The notes under the pieces: model-generated
Databases searched by the model: none
Told to the model about the DNA's origin: nothing
Seen by the model: the letters and a program-made list of their open reading frames with translations, nothing else
Position numbers and translations under genes: made by a program
Assembly: GCA_943370345.1 (NCBI GenBank)
Contig: CALRQQ020000001.1
Coordinates: 1-60,464, forward strand
Direction: 5' to 3'
Length of the DNA stretch: 60,464 nt
DNA from: Chitinophaga pinensis
GTDB taxonomy: Bacteria > Bacteroidota > Bacteroidia > Chitinophagales > Chitinophagaceae
Shown: positions 1 through 9,031 of the stretch, in pieces
Layout: each line of letters begins with the position of its first letter
Position numbering within the stretch: the first letter of the stretch is position 1

Positions 1-147
1 GAATACCGCGGTAAACTGGTTACCCTCAAAACCGTGGAAGAAATTGATGAAGTACTCAACGAGATCGAACGTGTCTATACCGGTCACCAGTTTGAAAAAA
101 CCCCGATCGAGCTGATCGATTATCATCAGAATTGCCCGGTCAACTAA
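1..147 (+). CDS. 3' end of a CDS cut by the window edge; probably tRNA-dihydrouridine synthase DusB
   Basis: Frame 1 is open from base 1 to TAA at 145-147 (EYRGKLVTLKTVEEIDEVLNEIERVY...CPVN). Resembles the Bacteroidota DusB C-terminus from recall only. Confidence 0.5.
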   Translation, partial: EYRGKLVTLKTVEEIDEVLNEIERVYTGHQFEKTPIELIDYHQNCPVN

Positions 148-321
148 AGTACAAAGTACGAAGTACGGGGTACGAAGTACGAAAGGCATGTCGTAAAACG
201 AGTAACGATTCGTTATTTTAGTTTAAACCTTCTATGGAGGGGCTGTTTCCTTCTAGCCTCTAGCTTCTAGCCTCTAGCTTTGAGGGCTGTTTCCAGACAT
301 CCGACATCTAAAATCTCACAA
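147..321. repeat. Composite heptamer-repeat element, copy 1
   Basis: 5x AAGTACG-like (147-181); 66-nt segment 175-240 shared with 12128-12193; 4x YTCTAGC (251-278); degenerate CnGACAT units (294-321). Confidence 0.85.
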
Positions 322-331
322 CTGATTCACT

Positions 332-339
332 TATCTTTG
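332..339 (+). promoter_or_regulatory. Bacteroidota sigma-70 -7 element for psd
   Basis: TATCTTTG matches TAnnTTTG, 18 nt upstream of the ATG at 358. Confidence 0.7.
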
Positions 340-357
340 CGCCATAATATTCCTTAA

Positions 358-1014
358 ATGACCATCCACAAAGAAGGCTACAAAACCATCGGCATTGCTA
401 CCACTGTTTTTGCGATCATCAACCTGGTATCTTTTTATTTTATCAGCGCCAGTCTGCCGCTTGTGAGTTTGTTGTTGTTTATCCTGACCCTGGGTTTGCT
501 GCTCTTCCTGATCTCTTTTTTCCGGATCCCGAACCGTCAGCACACCATTCAGGAAAATGCGATCGTGGCCCCGGCCGATGGTAAAGTGGTGGTGATCGAA
601 GAAGTACAGGCCGATGAATATTTCAATGACCGCCGGATACAGGTGTCGATATTTATGAGTCCCCTGAATGTACACGTAAACCGCAACCCCATCAGCGGTG
701 AAGTAATGTACAGCCAGTATCACAAAGGCAAATACCTCGTGGCCTGGCATCCCAAATCATCTACCGAAAATGAACGTCACTCCGTGGTATATCGCAAAGA
801 TGGCAGGGAGATCCTGGTAAAACAGATCGCGGGGGCCCTGGCCAAACGGATCGTGAATTATCTCAAAGCCGGTCAGACCGTGAAACAAACAGAAGAGATG
901 GGCTTTATTAAATTAGGCTCAAGGGTTGACCTGCTCCTGCCGCTGGATGCAAAGATCCATGTCAAACTGGGCGATAAACCCCAGGGCGGTGTTACCGTGA
1001 TCGCTACCTGGTAA
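358..1014 (+). CDS. psd: Phosphatidylserine decarboxylase proenzyme
   Basis: APADGKV, SIFMSPLNVHVNR and the LGS autocleavage site (FIKLGSRVDL); N-terminal TM helices. Confidence 0.93.
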   Translation: MTIHKEGYKTIGIATTVFAIINLVSFYFISASLPLVSLLLFILTLGLLLFLISFFRIPNRQHTIQENAIVAPADGKVVVIEEVQADEYFNDRRIQVSIFMSPLNVHVNRNPISGEVMYSQYHKGKYLVAWHPKSSTENERHSVVYRKDGREILVKQIAGALAKRIVNYLKAGQTVKQTEEMGFIKLGSRVDLLLPLDAKIHVKLGDKPQGGVTVIATW

Positions 1015-1018
1015 AGGA

Positions 1019-1759
1019 TCAGAAGATCGTTTCCAATTCTTTTAAGGAGAAGACCGTATAGGTCGGCAGTTGCTGATTGCTGACCACTTCCCGGTCATTG
1101 TTCAGGTGATTCACATGCACCTGGTCAATACCTGCATTCATGCCGCCGAGTATATCCACTTCCAGTGTATCACCGATCATGATACTGCTGGCCGGATCGG
1201 CCCCGGTACGTTGAAAGGCAAAATCAAATATTTCCTTATGCGGTTTCAGACTATTACTTCCCTCGGAAGTGATCACATGGGTGAAGTATTTATCCAGTCC
1301 TGAGTTTTCCAGTTTACTGTACTGCGTTTTTTCAAATCCGTTGGTGATCATGTGCAGCTGGTATTGCTTTGCCTGCAGGTAATCGAGTATTTCAATGGTA
1401 TAGGGAAACAATAATTTACGGGTAGGCAGAAGGTCGAGGAACTGTACCCCCATCTTACGGGCCAGCGGTTCATCCGCGATCTTGAAATCCAGCAGGGTCA
1501 GCCACATCCTTTTCCAGCGCAATTCATCCACTTTGATATATCCGTTGCGGTAACGGTCCCATAACTTATCATTATGCACCAGGTAATTCTTATGAAACAG
1601 GTCAAAATCATGCACCCCGCGTTCGCCAAGCTGCAGCTCATTGAACAGATCCAGCAGAGTGACCCGGCTGTTGGCCTCAAAATCCCAGAGGGTATGGTCC
1701 AGATCGAAGAACAGATGGGTATAGCGCTTGCCGCCGGGGGAATTAATTTCTTTATTCAT
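1019..1759 (-). CDS. YjjG-family HAD pyrimidine nucleotidase
   Basis: FFDLDHTLWDF, ITNG, KP and MIGD HAD motifs. Confidence 0.88.
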   Translation of the reverse strand: MNKEINSPGGKRYTHLFFDLDHTLWDFEANSRVTLLDLFNELQLGERGVHDFDLFHKNYLVHNDKLWDRYRNGYIKVDELRWKRMWLTLLDFKIADEPLARKMGVQFLDLLPTRKLLFPYTIEILDYLQAKQYQLHMITNGFEKTQYSKLENSGLDKYFTHVITSEGSNSLKPHKEIFDFAFQRTGADPASSIMIGDTLEVDILGGMNAGIDQVHVNHLNNDREVVSNQQLPTYTVFSLKELETIF

Positions 1760-1796
1760 AGATAAGTTTGCAATTTACAGAACAATTCAGACAGGT

Positions 1797-2513
1797 ATGG
1801 AAAGGAAAAATCAGCGTAGTGTGGTAGTGACCGGAGCCTCCAAAGGGATCGGGAAAGCCGTGGCAGAAATTTTTGCAGCCAATGGGGCGCATCTTTACCT
1901 CTGTTCCCGGGGCGAAGTGGCCCTGTATAATACGGTGGAAGAATTGCAAACCCGATTTCCGCAAGCTACAGTAAAAGCCCGTCCGGCTGATCTGAGTATA
2001 AAAGAAGAAGCCATAGCTTTCGGAAACTGGTGCCTCTCGCAGGCAGTACCGGATATACTGGTCAATAATGCAGGCCTGTTTGAACCCGGCAGTGTGAATA
2101 GTGAACCGGATGGCTTACTCGAAAGTCAGCTCCGGGTAAATCTATACAGTGCCTATCATCTCACCCGTACCGTATTACCGGCCATGATGGCACATAAGCA
2201 GGGACATATCTTCAATATGTGTTCCATTGCTTCCCTGCATGCCTATGCCAACGGGGGAGCGTATAGTATCAGCAAATTTGCCATGTATGGCTTCAGTAAG
2301 AACCTGCGGGAAGAACTGAAGCCGCATGGGATCAAAGTAACTTCGGTACATCCCGGTGCGGTACTTACGGATTCCTGGGGCAATTATGATAATTCTTCAA
2401 AACGGATCATGGAAGCCGGTGATATCGCTCAAATGGTATGGGCCGCTGCCAACCTTTCCCTGCAGGCCTGTGTGGAAGATATCGTGATCCGTCCCCAACT
2501 GGGCGACCTGTAA
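1797..2513 (+). CDS. SDR family oxidoreductase
   Basis: TGASKGIG, NNAG and YSISK motifs. Start moved to ATG 1797 to avoid overlap with the divergent gene. Confidence 0.9.
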   Translation: MERKNQRSVVVTGASKGIGKAVAEIFAANGAHLYLCSRGEVALYNTVEELQTRFPQATVKARPADLSIKEEAIAFGNWCLSQAVPDILVNNAGLFEPGSVNSEPDGLLESQLRVNLYSAYHLTRTVLPAMMAHKQGHIFNMCSIASLHAYANGGAYSISKFAMYGFSKNLREELKPHGIKVTSVHPGAVLTDSWGNYDNSSKRIMEAGDIAQMVWAAANLSLQACVEDIVIRPQLGDL

Positions 2514-2586
2514 CACGACTCCGGGCCGTTTAACCATTTTTTAGGTTTTTAAGTGAAGCATGGGCTTTACTTTTAGCCCTGCTTAC

Positions 2587-4356
2587 ATGAAGAAGACCAA
2601 GGCTATACTTTTTCTCTTTCTGCTTTCACTTACGGGATCCGCGCAGGTCGTGTTCAAAACCATTGCACCTGTAACACCGGTTGTGGCCGGCGAGTCATTC
2701 CGTATACAGTATTATGTGGAAGGAGCACCTGCACACGAACTCACGCCGCCTGATTTCACTCCCTTTACCCTGGTAGAAGGTCCCGCGGTTTATCCGGGCA
2801 ATTCAAAAAATGCAGGGATCCTCTATAAAAACTATATATATACTTTACTAGCTCCTCAACCGGGTGAATACCGGATACCCGGTGCCAGCCTGCGCACGGG
2901 TAACAATATACTGCAAAGCAGTGTGGCCCGGATCAGCGTGATAAGTGCAGCCCGTTCGTTGGAGTCGGCAACCATTGCAAATGGTCCAACGGCTTATTTC
3001 CTTGGTCAGGATGAAAATGCACAGGAGAAGATCCGCCGTAATTTGTTCCTGCAGGTGACCACCGACCGCAAATCCTGTTTTGTAGGCGAGCCCATACTCG
3101 TGACCTATAAACTGTACTCCACACTGCAGTCCACTTCCACGATCATGAAGAATCCCGGATTTTATGGATTCACGGTACACGATATGATCGGACTGGATAA
3201 CCAGCAAATGAGTACGGAACAGGTGAACGGAAAGGAGTTCAATGTATTTGTCATCCGCAAACTGCAATTATATCCGCTGCAGGCCGGCCGTTTTACGATC
3301 GATCCGATGGAAGTAAAGAACAGGGTGGAGTTTTCTACGACTGAACAAAACAGGCAGACACAACAACGGGTTGCAGAAGGGATGATGAGTGGTAATGAGG
3401 AGGAACCCCGTAAGGAAGGACAACTGATCGTTGAGAGCCAGATTCGGACCGAACCGGCTGCAATAGAAGTGAAGCCATTGCCGGACAAAAATAAACCGTC
3501 GGATTTCAGCGGGGCTGTCGGTGCCTTTTCGTTGACCACTCAATTGGAAAGAACAACCCTGGCGAGGAATGAAGAAGGGGTCCTGTTGGTCACCATTACA
3601 GGTAAAGGCAATTTTATACAACTTTCTCCGCCTGTGATCGAATGGCCGGCTGGAATGGAAGGTTTCGGTGCGGTGGTGAAGGATTCGCTGGATAAGTTAA
3701 AGATCCCCCTGGCAGGAAAACGACAATTCAGGTATGGCTTTGTATGTACGGCCCCGGGTGTGTTTACATTACCCGTCGTCCGTTTTTCCTTTTTTGATAC
3801 GGACAGCAACCGGTACCGCAGCCAGGTCGCTGATGCATTACAGGTCACCATCAGTCAGCAGGAGAAAAAACAGGATATCCGGGAACAACATAAATTATCG
3901 ATCGATGAACTCAGTCAGCAAAAGAGCCGGATCGCGATCATCGTGGTCTTCCTGCTGGTGATTTCTGTATTAGCTTATTGGGCGTTAAAGAAAAAGCCGG
4001 CAGAGCAGAATCCTGCTGTTGCAGAACGGGTCAAGCCCGAAACAGCAGCTGTTTTTGCGCCTGCGGAAACCTCGGTTCAGTCCGCTGCTGACATTTTTTG
4101 TACCGCCCTGTTGCGTAATATCTGGGATTATTTCCAGCCCATTGCAGCAGTTACAGGTAGTGCACGAAACAAAGAGAATCTGTATGCCCTGTTGCGTGAA
4201 AGCGGGATTGCGGCGGAGGAAATTGATACACTGGCAGCGATTATCTCGGATTGTGAGACAGGTATCTATACACATGCTGTGCCTGGTAAATCCAATGAGC
4301 AGTTGCTGGCAGAGACTAAAGCGGTGATCGAAAGGCTGAGCCCTGTATTATTCTGA
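2587..4356 (+). CDS. BatD family protein
   Basis: Signal peptide MKKTKAILFLFLLSLTGSA, repeated beta-sandwich segments (VGEP...TYKLY, FSGAVGAF) and a C-terminal TM helix. Alternative start 2560. Confidence 0.75.
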   Translation: MKKTKAILFLFLLSLTGSAQVVFKTIAPVTPVVAGESFRIQYYVEGAPAHELTPPDFTPFTLVEGPAVYPGNSKNAGILYKNYIYTLLAPQPGEYRIPGASLRTGNNILQSSVARISVISAARSLESATIANGPTAYFLGQDENAQEKIRRNLFLQVTTDRKSCFVGEPILVTYKLYSTLQSTSTIMKNPGFYGFTVHDMIGLDNQQMSTEQVNGKEFNVFVIRKLQLYPLQAGRFTIDPMEVKNRVEFSTTEQNRQTQQRVAEGMMSGNEEEPRKEGQLIVESQIRTEPAAIEVKPLPDKNKPSDFSGAVGAFSLTTQLERTTLARNEEGVLLVTITGKGNFIQLSPPVIEWPAGMEGFGAVVKDSLDKLKIPLAGKRQFRYGFVCTAPGVFTLPVVRFSFFDTDSNRYRSQVADALQVTISQQEKKQDIREQHKLSIDELSQQKSRIAIIVVFLLVISVLAYWALKKKPAEQNPAVAERVKPETAAVFAPAETSVQSAADIFCTALLRNIWDYFQPIAAVTGSARNKENLYALLRESGIAAEEIDTLAAIISDCETGIYTHAVPGKSNEQLLAETKAVIERLSPVLF

Positions 4357-5055
4357 GTATTTATACCCCACACCCCGTACAGAATGGAAGTACCGGGGAT
4401 TACGGCTGTCTTCTTCGAAGTATTTCCGGAAATTCAGGATGAAATTATCAATGGTACGGGTAGTGGGGTACACATTATAGCCCCAAACGGATTGCAGGAT
4501 CTTCTCCCGGGGTACCACTTCATTTTTATTTTCGATGAGCAGTTTAAGGAGCATGGTTTCCTTTTTGCTCAGCTGTATCTTCTCTCCATTGAAACTGGTG
4601 GCTTCCTGCGCTTTGAAGTCCACCTGGTTATTGCCGAATTCGTAATGATCACCAAGAGTGGTCTTGTCCTGCAGTTTCTTGTTCTTATTGATCAGCTTGT
4701 ATACACGCAGCAGAAGTTCTTCCAGGTTAAAGGGTTTGGTCAGATAGTCATCAGCTCCTTTTTTCAATCCAAGTACGCGGTCGGCACTGCTGTTCCTGGC
4801 ACTGAGGATCAGGACCGGTACTTCATTATTGCTGAGGCGGATGGTTTCAGTAACGGTGATGCCGTCCATTTCAGGGAGCATGACATCCAGGATGATCAGG
4901 TCGAAGTATTCATTGCTGACCGCTTTAAGGGCTGCGGCCCCGTCGAAAGCAGAAGTAACTTCATAGCCTTCCAGTTCCAGGTTCAGCTTAAGCGCTTCAT
5001 GAAGGTTCTCTTCATCTTCCACCAGCAGGATGGATGTTTTTTTATCTCCGCTCAT
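4348..5055 (-). CDS. OmpR-family response regulator
   Basis: ILLVEDE, LDVMLP, GADDYLTKPF receiver motifs; winged-helix end HSVRGVGY. Confidence 0.93.
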   Translation of the reverse strand: MSGDKKTSILLVEDEENLHEALKLNLELEGYEVTSAFDGAAALKAVSNEYFDLIILDVMLPEMDGITVTETIRLSNNEVPVLILSARNSSADRVLGLKKGADDYLTKPFNLEELLLRVYKLINKNKKLQDKTTLGDHYEFGNNQVDFKAQEATSFNGEKIQLSKKETMLLKLLIENKNEVVPREKILQSVWGYNVYPTTRTIDNFILNFRKYFEEDSRNPRYFHSVRGVGYKYSE

Positions 5056-6041
5056 GTCTTAAAAATAACTGCAAAATTACTGCCTGCGGGCAGATTATTT
5101 GTCACCGCAATGTCGCCATTATGATCCTTCGCGATCTTACGGCAAAGGTACAGTCCCAGGCCCGTACCCTGTGCTTTCCGGGTAGATTCGTTACCGATCC
5201 GGTAAAACTTGGAGAAGATCCGGTTCTTTTCTTCGTCCGGGATCCCGGGTCCTTCATCAATGATCTGTAACCGGATGGAGCCGGAAGCTTTTGCAAGGAT
5301 GGCCTTGATCTTTCCTTCTTTCGGGGAATATTTAATGGCGTTTTCCAGCAGGTTATTGATCAGCATCTGCAACAAAAGGGAATCGCCCCGCAGGTCGGCT
5401 TCCTCCTCGATCTCTTCTTCAAACACGCGGTCCGGGAATCGTTTCCTGAAATCACGCATACAGTCTTTCAGTAAAGTGGACAGGTCCAGTTCCTCCATGG
5501 CCGAATGATAACGGTCAGATTCCAGTTGTGAAGACACCAGGATATTATTCGTCAGCAGGTGCAGGCGTGTGGTCTCATCAAGGGTATTCCGGATCAGTTT
5601 TTTCTGCTTCTCCGGATCGAGACTGTATTTCTGCAGGGTTTCCAGGTTCAACCGGGCCACGGCGATCGGGGTCTTGAGTTCATGCGTCACTGCCATCATG
5701 AAATTCTGCTGCTGTTGCTGCAGCTTGAATTGCTTCCGGATCGACCGGTACACGAGAATGGCACCGATCACGATCAGGATCAGAAAGGTAATGCCTTCTG
5801 CAATATACTTCCGGGTATTGCGCTTCTCTTCTGTGGCAATGGATTGCATTTCGTCCGCCAGTTTCAGCACACTCAGTGAACCCGAACGGGCCGAAAGGTT
5901 TTCGTATTGCTGACGGGCAATTTCCTTGCTTTGTTTTTCGAGGGAGATGAACCACCAGACGAGGGCCGCCAGCACATAGAAGAGCAGGGTACAGTAAATG
6001 AACGTGGTTCGTTTCAGTCGTTTTTTACTCTCGTCCTGCAT
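5052..6041 (-). CDS. Sensor histidine kinase
   Basis: Two TM helices, H-box THELKTP, N-box NLLENAIKYS, DEGPGI and GTGLGL. Overlaps the cognate regulator by 4 nt. Confidence 0.93.
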   Translation of the reverse strand: MQDESKKRLKRTTFIYCTLLFYVLAALVWWFISLEKQSKEIARQQYENLSARSGSLSVLKLADEMQSIATEEKRNTRKYIAEGITFLILIVIGAILVYRSIRKQFKLQQQQQNFMMAVTHELKTPIAVARLNLETLQKYSLDPEKQKKLIRNTLDETTRLHLLTNNILVSSQLESDRYHSAMEELDLSTLLKDCMRDFRKRFPDRVFEEEIEEEADLRGDSLLLQMLINNLLENAIKYSPKEGKIKAILAKASGSIRLQIIDEGPGIPDEEKNRIFSKFYRIGNESTRKAQGTGLGLYLCRKIAKDHNGDIAVTNNLPAGSNFAVIFKT

Positions 6042-6050
6042 GGAAAAAAA

Positions 6051-6581
6051 TTAATTCTTTTCGATCCGGATCCCTGCATTCAGCACATTTTCCAGCGGGT
6101 CCTGACGCATGATCTGTTCGAGTGTGAATGTATATTCCCCGGGTTTACGGAAATAAAAGGCTTTATCAGGTGACCGGGGTGTGATCGGTTGCCGGTGTTC
6201 ATAGATGTCATCCATGCCGCTGCCCAGCCAGCCGGTCTCATCGGTGCCCAGCCGCATATCGTAAGGAAGCACCTGTGCGGTATCCTGCCCGGGTCCTTTG
6301 GCATACAGGTTCACATAAATATTATTGAAACTGTAGCGATCATTGTGTCGGATGATCAGGTACAGCATATACGGGGCAGTGGTATCGCTGATCGTAAATG
6401 TAAAACTGGGTTTGAAAGTGCTTTTCCAGCTCTGACCGGGGATCACGGTTGTTTTTTCAAACAGGTTGGTCCTGGTGCAGGAAATACATCCGGACAGCAG
6501 TACAATTATGGCGAAGGATTGCAGGGGTTTCAAGTAAACGGTTTTTACAAAAGTAAACAGAACACATGTTTCAGAGGACAT
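6051..6581 (-). CDS. gldH: Gliding motility lipoprotein GldH
   Basis: Lipobox (ISC), IRHNDRYSFNNI, WLGSG and EQIMR...GIRIEK. The true start may be a few codons downstream. Confidence 0.8.
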   Translation of the reverse strand: MSSETCVLFTFVKTVYLKPLQSFAIIVLLSGCISCTRTNLFEKTTVIPGQSWKSTFKPSFTFTISDTTAPYMLYLIIRHNDRYSFNNIYVNLYAKGPGQDTAQVLPYDMRLGTDETGWLGSGMDDIYEHRQPITPRSPDKAFYFRKPGEYTFTLEQIMRQDPLENVLNAGIRIEKN

Positions 6582-7446
6582 TCAGCACCTGTTCTTTTGC
6601 CTTTTCCAGTTCGTCTTTCATCTGCACCACACACTTCTGAATGGTGGAGTCGTACGCCTTGGAGCCGGTGGTATTGATCTCCCGTCCGATCTCCTGCAGG
6701 ATAAAGGATAGTTTTTTTCCTTTGGCGTCATCGGGATCGGCCAGCAGGTCCCTGAAATAATCGAGGTGATTTTTCAGCCGTACCTGCTCTTCACTGATAT
6801 CGATCTTTTCTATATAATAAATAAGCTCCTGCTCCAGGCGGTTACCGTCATAATTCTCCTTGCCCACGTTTTCTTCCAGCAGCCGGGTAATGCCTTCACG
6901 GATCTTTTGTTTGCGCAGGGGTTCCAGGCTGATCACTTCTTCCTGCAACCGGCCGATATTGTTGATCCGGGCCAGCAGGTCATCCTCAAGTGAGCGTCCC
7001 TCATCAAGCCGGTGTGTATTCAGGTTATGGATAGCTGTTTCCAGTACAGACTGGAACTGGTCCCACTCCCCATCGGTCAGGGTATCGCTGCTGGGGGTGA
7101 TCACTTCGGGTAATTTCACCAATGTACTCAGGATGTTTGAAGCATCCAGGTTCAGGGCTTTGGATAGTTCGGCCAGGGGCTGATAATAGGCTTTGGCCAG
7201 ATCCGTATTGATGGTTACCGGCTTGGCGGTACCGGTATCTTTCAGACTGATGATGCAATCCACGCTGCCCCGTCCGAGTTTTTCAGAAAGCAAACGACGG
7301 ATGTCGAACTCAAAGGGTTTGAGAAAAGCGGGGATCTTCAGCTGCAGTTCAAACTGTTTGCCGTTGAGTGATTTGATATCCACCAGAAAGGTCTTGTCGG
7401 CAACATTCTTTTCTGCTCTTCCAAAACCGGTCATTGATTTAAGCAT
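6571..7446 (-). CDS. yicC: YicC/YloC family endoribonuclease
   Basis: MLKSMTGFGR N-terminus; QEIGREINTTGSKA and KEQVLNVL C-terminus. Confidence 0.92.
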   Translation of the reverse strand: MLKSMTGFGRAEKNVADKTFLVDIKSLNGKQFELQLKIPAFLKPFEFDIRRLLSEKLGRGSVDCIISLKDTGTAKPVTINTDLAKAYYQPLAELSKALNLDASNILSTLVKLPEVITPSSDTLTDGEWDQFQSVLETAIHNLNTHRLDEGRSLEDDLLARINNIGRLQEEVISLEPLRKQKIREGITRLLEENVGKENYDGNRLEQELIYYIEKIDISEEQVRLKNHLDYFRDLLADPDDAKGKKLSFILQEIGREINTTGSKAYDSTIQKCVVQMKDELEKAKEQVLNVL

Positions 7447-7589
7447 GGAACGGGATTTATGATTCCTGTAAAGGTATTTTTTATTATTGATTAAACAGCC
7501 GGGTAAATCAGCATGGCCGGCAGAGATATCCGCAGAGGTACAGGTGTGTCAATCACTACGAATAAAGACGGTTTAATTGTACCAGGTAC

Positions 7590-7665
7590 AAAAAAAATCC
7601 CTCCGTAGTAAGCGGAGGGAAATATATGGATGGGTTAGTAAGTACAGGGAATGTTATTTCCCTAC
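7590..7665 (-). ncRNA. Candidate small RNA 1 (~75 nt)
   Basis: Minus-strand -7-like TAATATTG (7668-7675), 5' hairpin (7646-7663), single-stranded C/U-rich middle, and terminator TCCCTCCG/CGGAGGGA (7598-7620) plus U8. yicC appears to have its own -7 element near 7467-7474. Confidence 0.55.
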
Positions 7666-7737
7666 TGCAATATTAAAAATAATTTTAGGTAACAAAAAAA
7701 TATTTCCAAACTATTTTATTAACATTTTAAAATCAGC

Positions 7738-7746
7738 TGTGGATAA
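7738..7746 (-). promoter_or_regulatory. DnaA box (perfect TTATCCACA)
   Basis: TGTGGATAA on the + strand; a one-mismatch box TTATCCGCA lies at 7814-7822 in an AT-rich intergenic region. Confidence 0.45.
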
Positions 7747-8062
7747 ACCGAACTGATTTTCATCAATCATTGATCTGTTTGTAAACTATTTTTTATCGCA
7801 CATTATTTATGTTTTATCCGCAGTTGAAAAAATGTATCGGCTGAAACCCGCTGTTCATCAATGTTTCAGCCAACAGGTTTTTTTTATTGCAATATCATTC
7901 GTTGATAATTGCAACAGTGAATAATGAAATGAATGGCGGAAATACGTGATGATCCGGCAGCGTAAAGACACGTGATATGCACCCGCGTTCATCAGTTAAG
8001 GATGATTGTAAAAAGGGTTCCTTCCCAAAGAATCACTTATTACCTTTGGCAAAACGAATGAT

Positions 8063-9022
8063 ATGCGCTTTGAACAACCGGTTCCCCTGACAACCATTGC
8101 CGCACTGATCGGCGCAACGATTATTGGCAACAGGGAGGGTATGGCCACCGGCATCAATGAGATCCATAAAGTGGAAACAGGTGACCTGGTCTTTGTGGAT
8201 CATCCCAAGTATTATGCCACCTGTATCAATTCAGCCGCCAGTTTTATTATTATCAATAATGAAACCGCTGTTCCGGAAGGAAAGGCCCTGCTCCTGGTCA
8301 GCGATCCGTTTGAAGCGTATCTGAAGATCGTTCGTTTCTATCGTCCCTTCCAGCCTTCACCCAAAGCCATCAGCGATACAGCAATGATCGGAGAGGGAAC
8401 AGTGATCATGCCCGGCGCTTTTGTCGGCAACCAGGTTCGTATCGGTAAGAATTGTGTCATTCATCCCAATGTAACCATCCTCGATCATTGTATCCTCGGG
8501 GATGAGGTGGTGATTCAGGCCGGCACTGTGATCGGAAGCGATGCATTTTACTACAATAAAAAAACCAACCGCGCTATCCATTACAAACGGATGGAAAGTT
8601 GTGGCCGTGTGATCATTGAGGATGCCGTGGAGGTTGGAGCCAACTGTACCATCGACCGTGGTGTTACCCACGATACGGTACTCGGAGCCGGTACCAAACT
8701 CGACAACCTGGTACATATCGGACATGATACCACCGTGGGTAAGAATTGTCTGATCGCCGCTCAGGTGGGTGTGGCCGGGGCTGTAAAGATCGAGGACAAT
8801 GTGATCCTCTGGGGACAGGTTGGCGTGAATAAGACACTGACGATCGGCGAAGGGGCGATTGTGCTGGGACAAACAGGTGTAACAAACAGTATCGACGGCG
8901 GCAAGTCCTACTTTGGTACACCCATGGAAGATGCCCGTATCAAACGCCGTGAACTGGTATGGGTGAAACGCATCCCATTGCTATGGGAGAAAGTAATGGG
9001 ACAAAAAACCAATGCGGAATAA
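8063..9022 (+). CDS. lpxD: UDP-3-O-(3-hydroxyacyl)glucosamine N-acyltransferase (LpxD family)
   Basis: Hexapeptide repeats, GANCTIDRG and KLDNLVHIGHD. -7 element TACCTTTG at 8041-8048. Confidence 0.88.
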   Translation: MRFEQPVPLTTIAALIGATIIGNREGMATGINEIHKVETGDLVFVDHPKYYATCINSAASFIIINNETAVPEGKALLLVSDPFEAYLKIVRFYRPFQPSPKAISDTAMIGEGTVIMPGAFVGNQVRIGKNCVIHPNVTILDHCILGDEVVIQAGTVIGSDAFYYNKKTNRAIHYKRMESCGRVIIEDAVEVGANCTIDRGVTHDTVLGAGTKLDNLVHIGHDTTVGKNCLIAAQVGVAGAVKIEDNVILWGQVGVNKTLTIGEGAIVLGQTGVTNSIDGGKSYFGTPMEDARIKRRELVWVKRIPLLWEKVMGQKTNAE

Positions 9023-9031
9023 GCCGGTCGC

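Noticed and set aside
7690-7930. Replication origin (oriC)
   Set aside because: Only one perfect and one near-perfect DnaA box; no box cluster or other support. A genome-wide GC-skew analysis would be needed.
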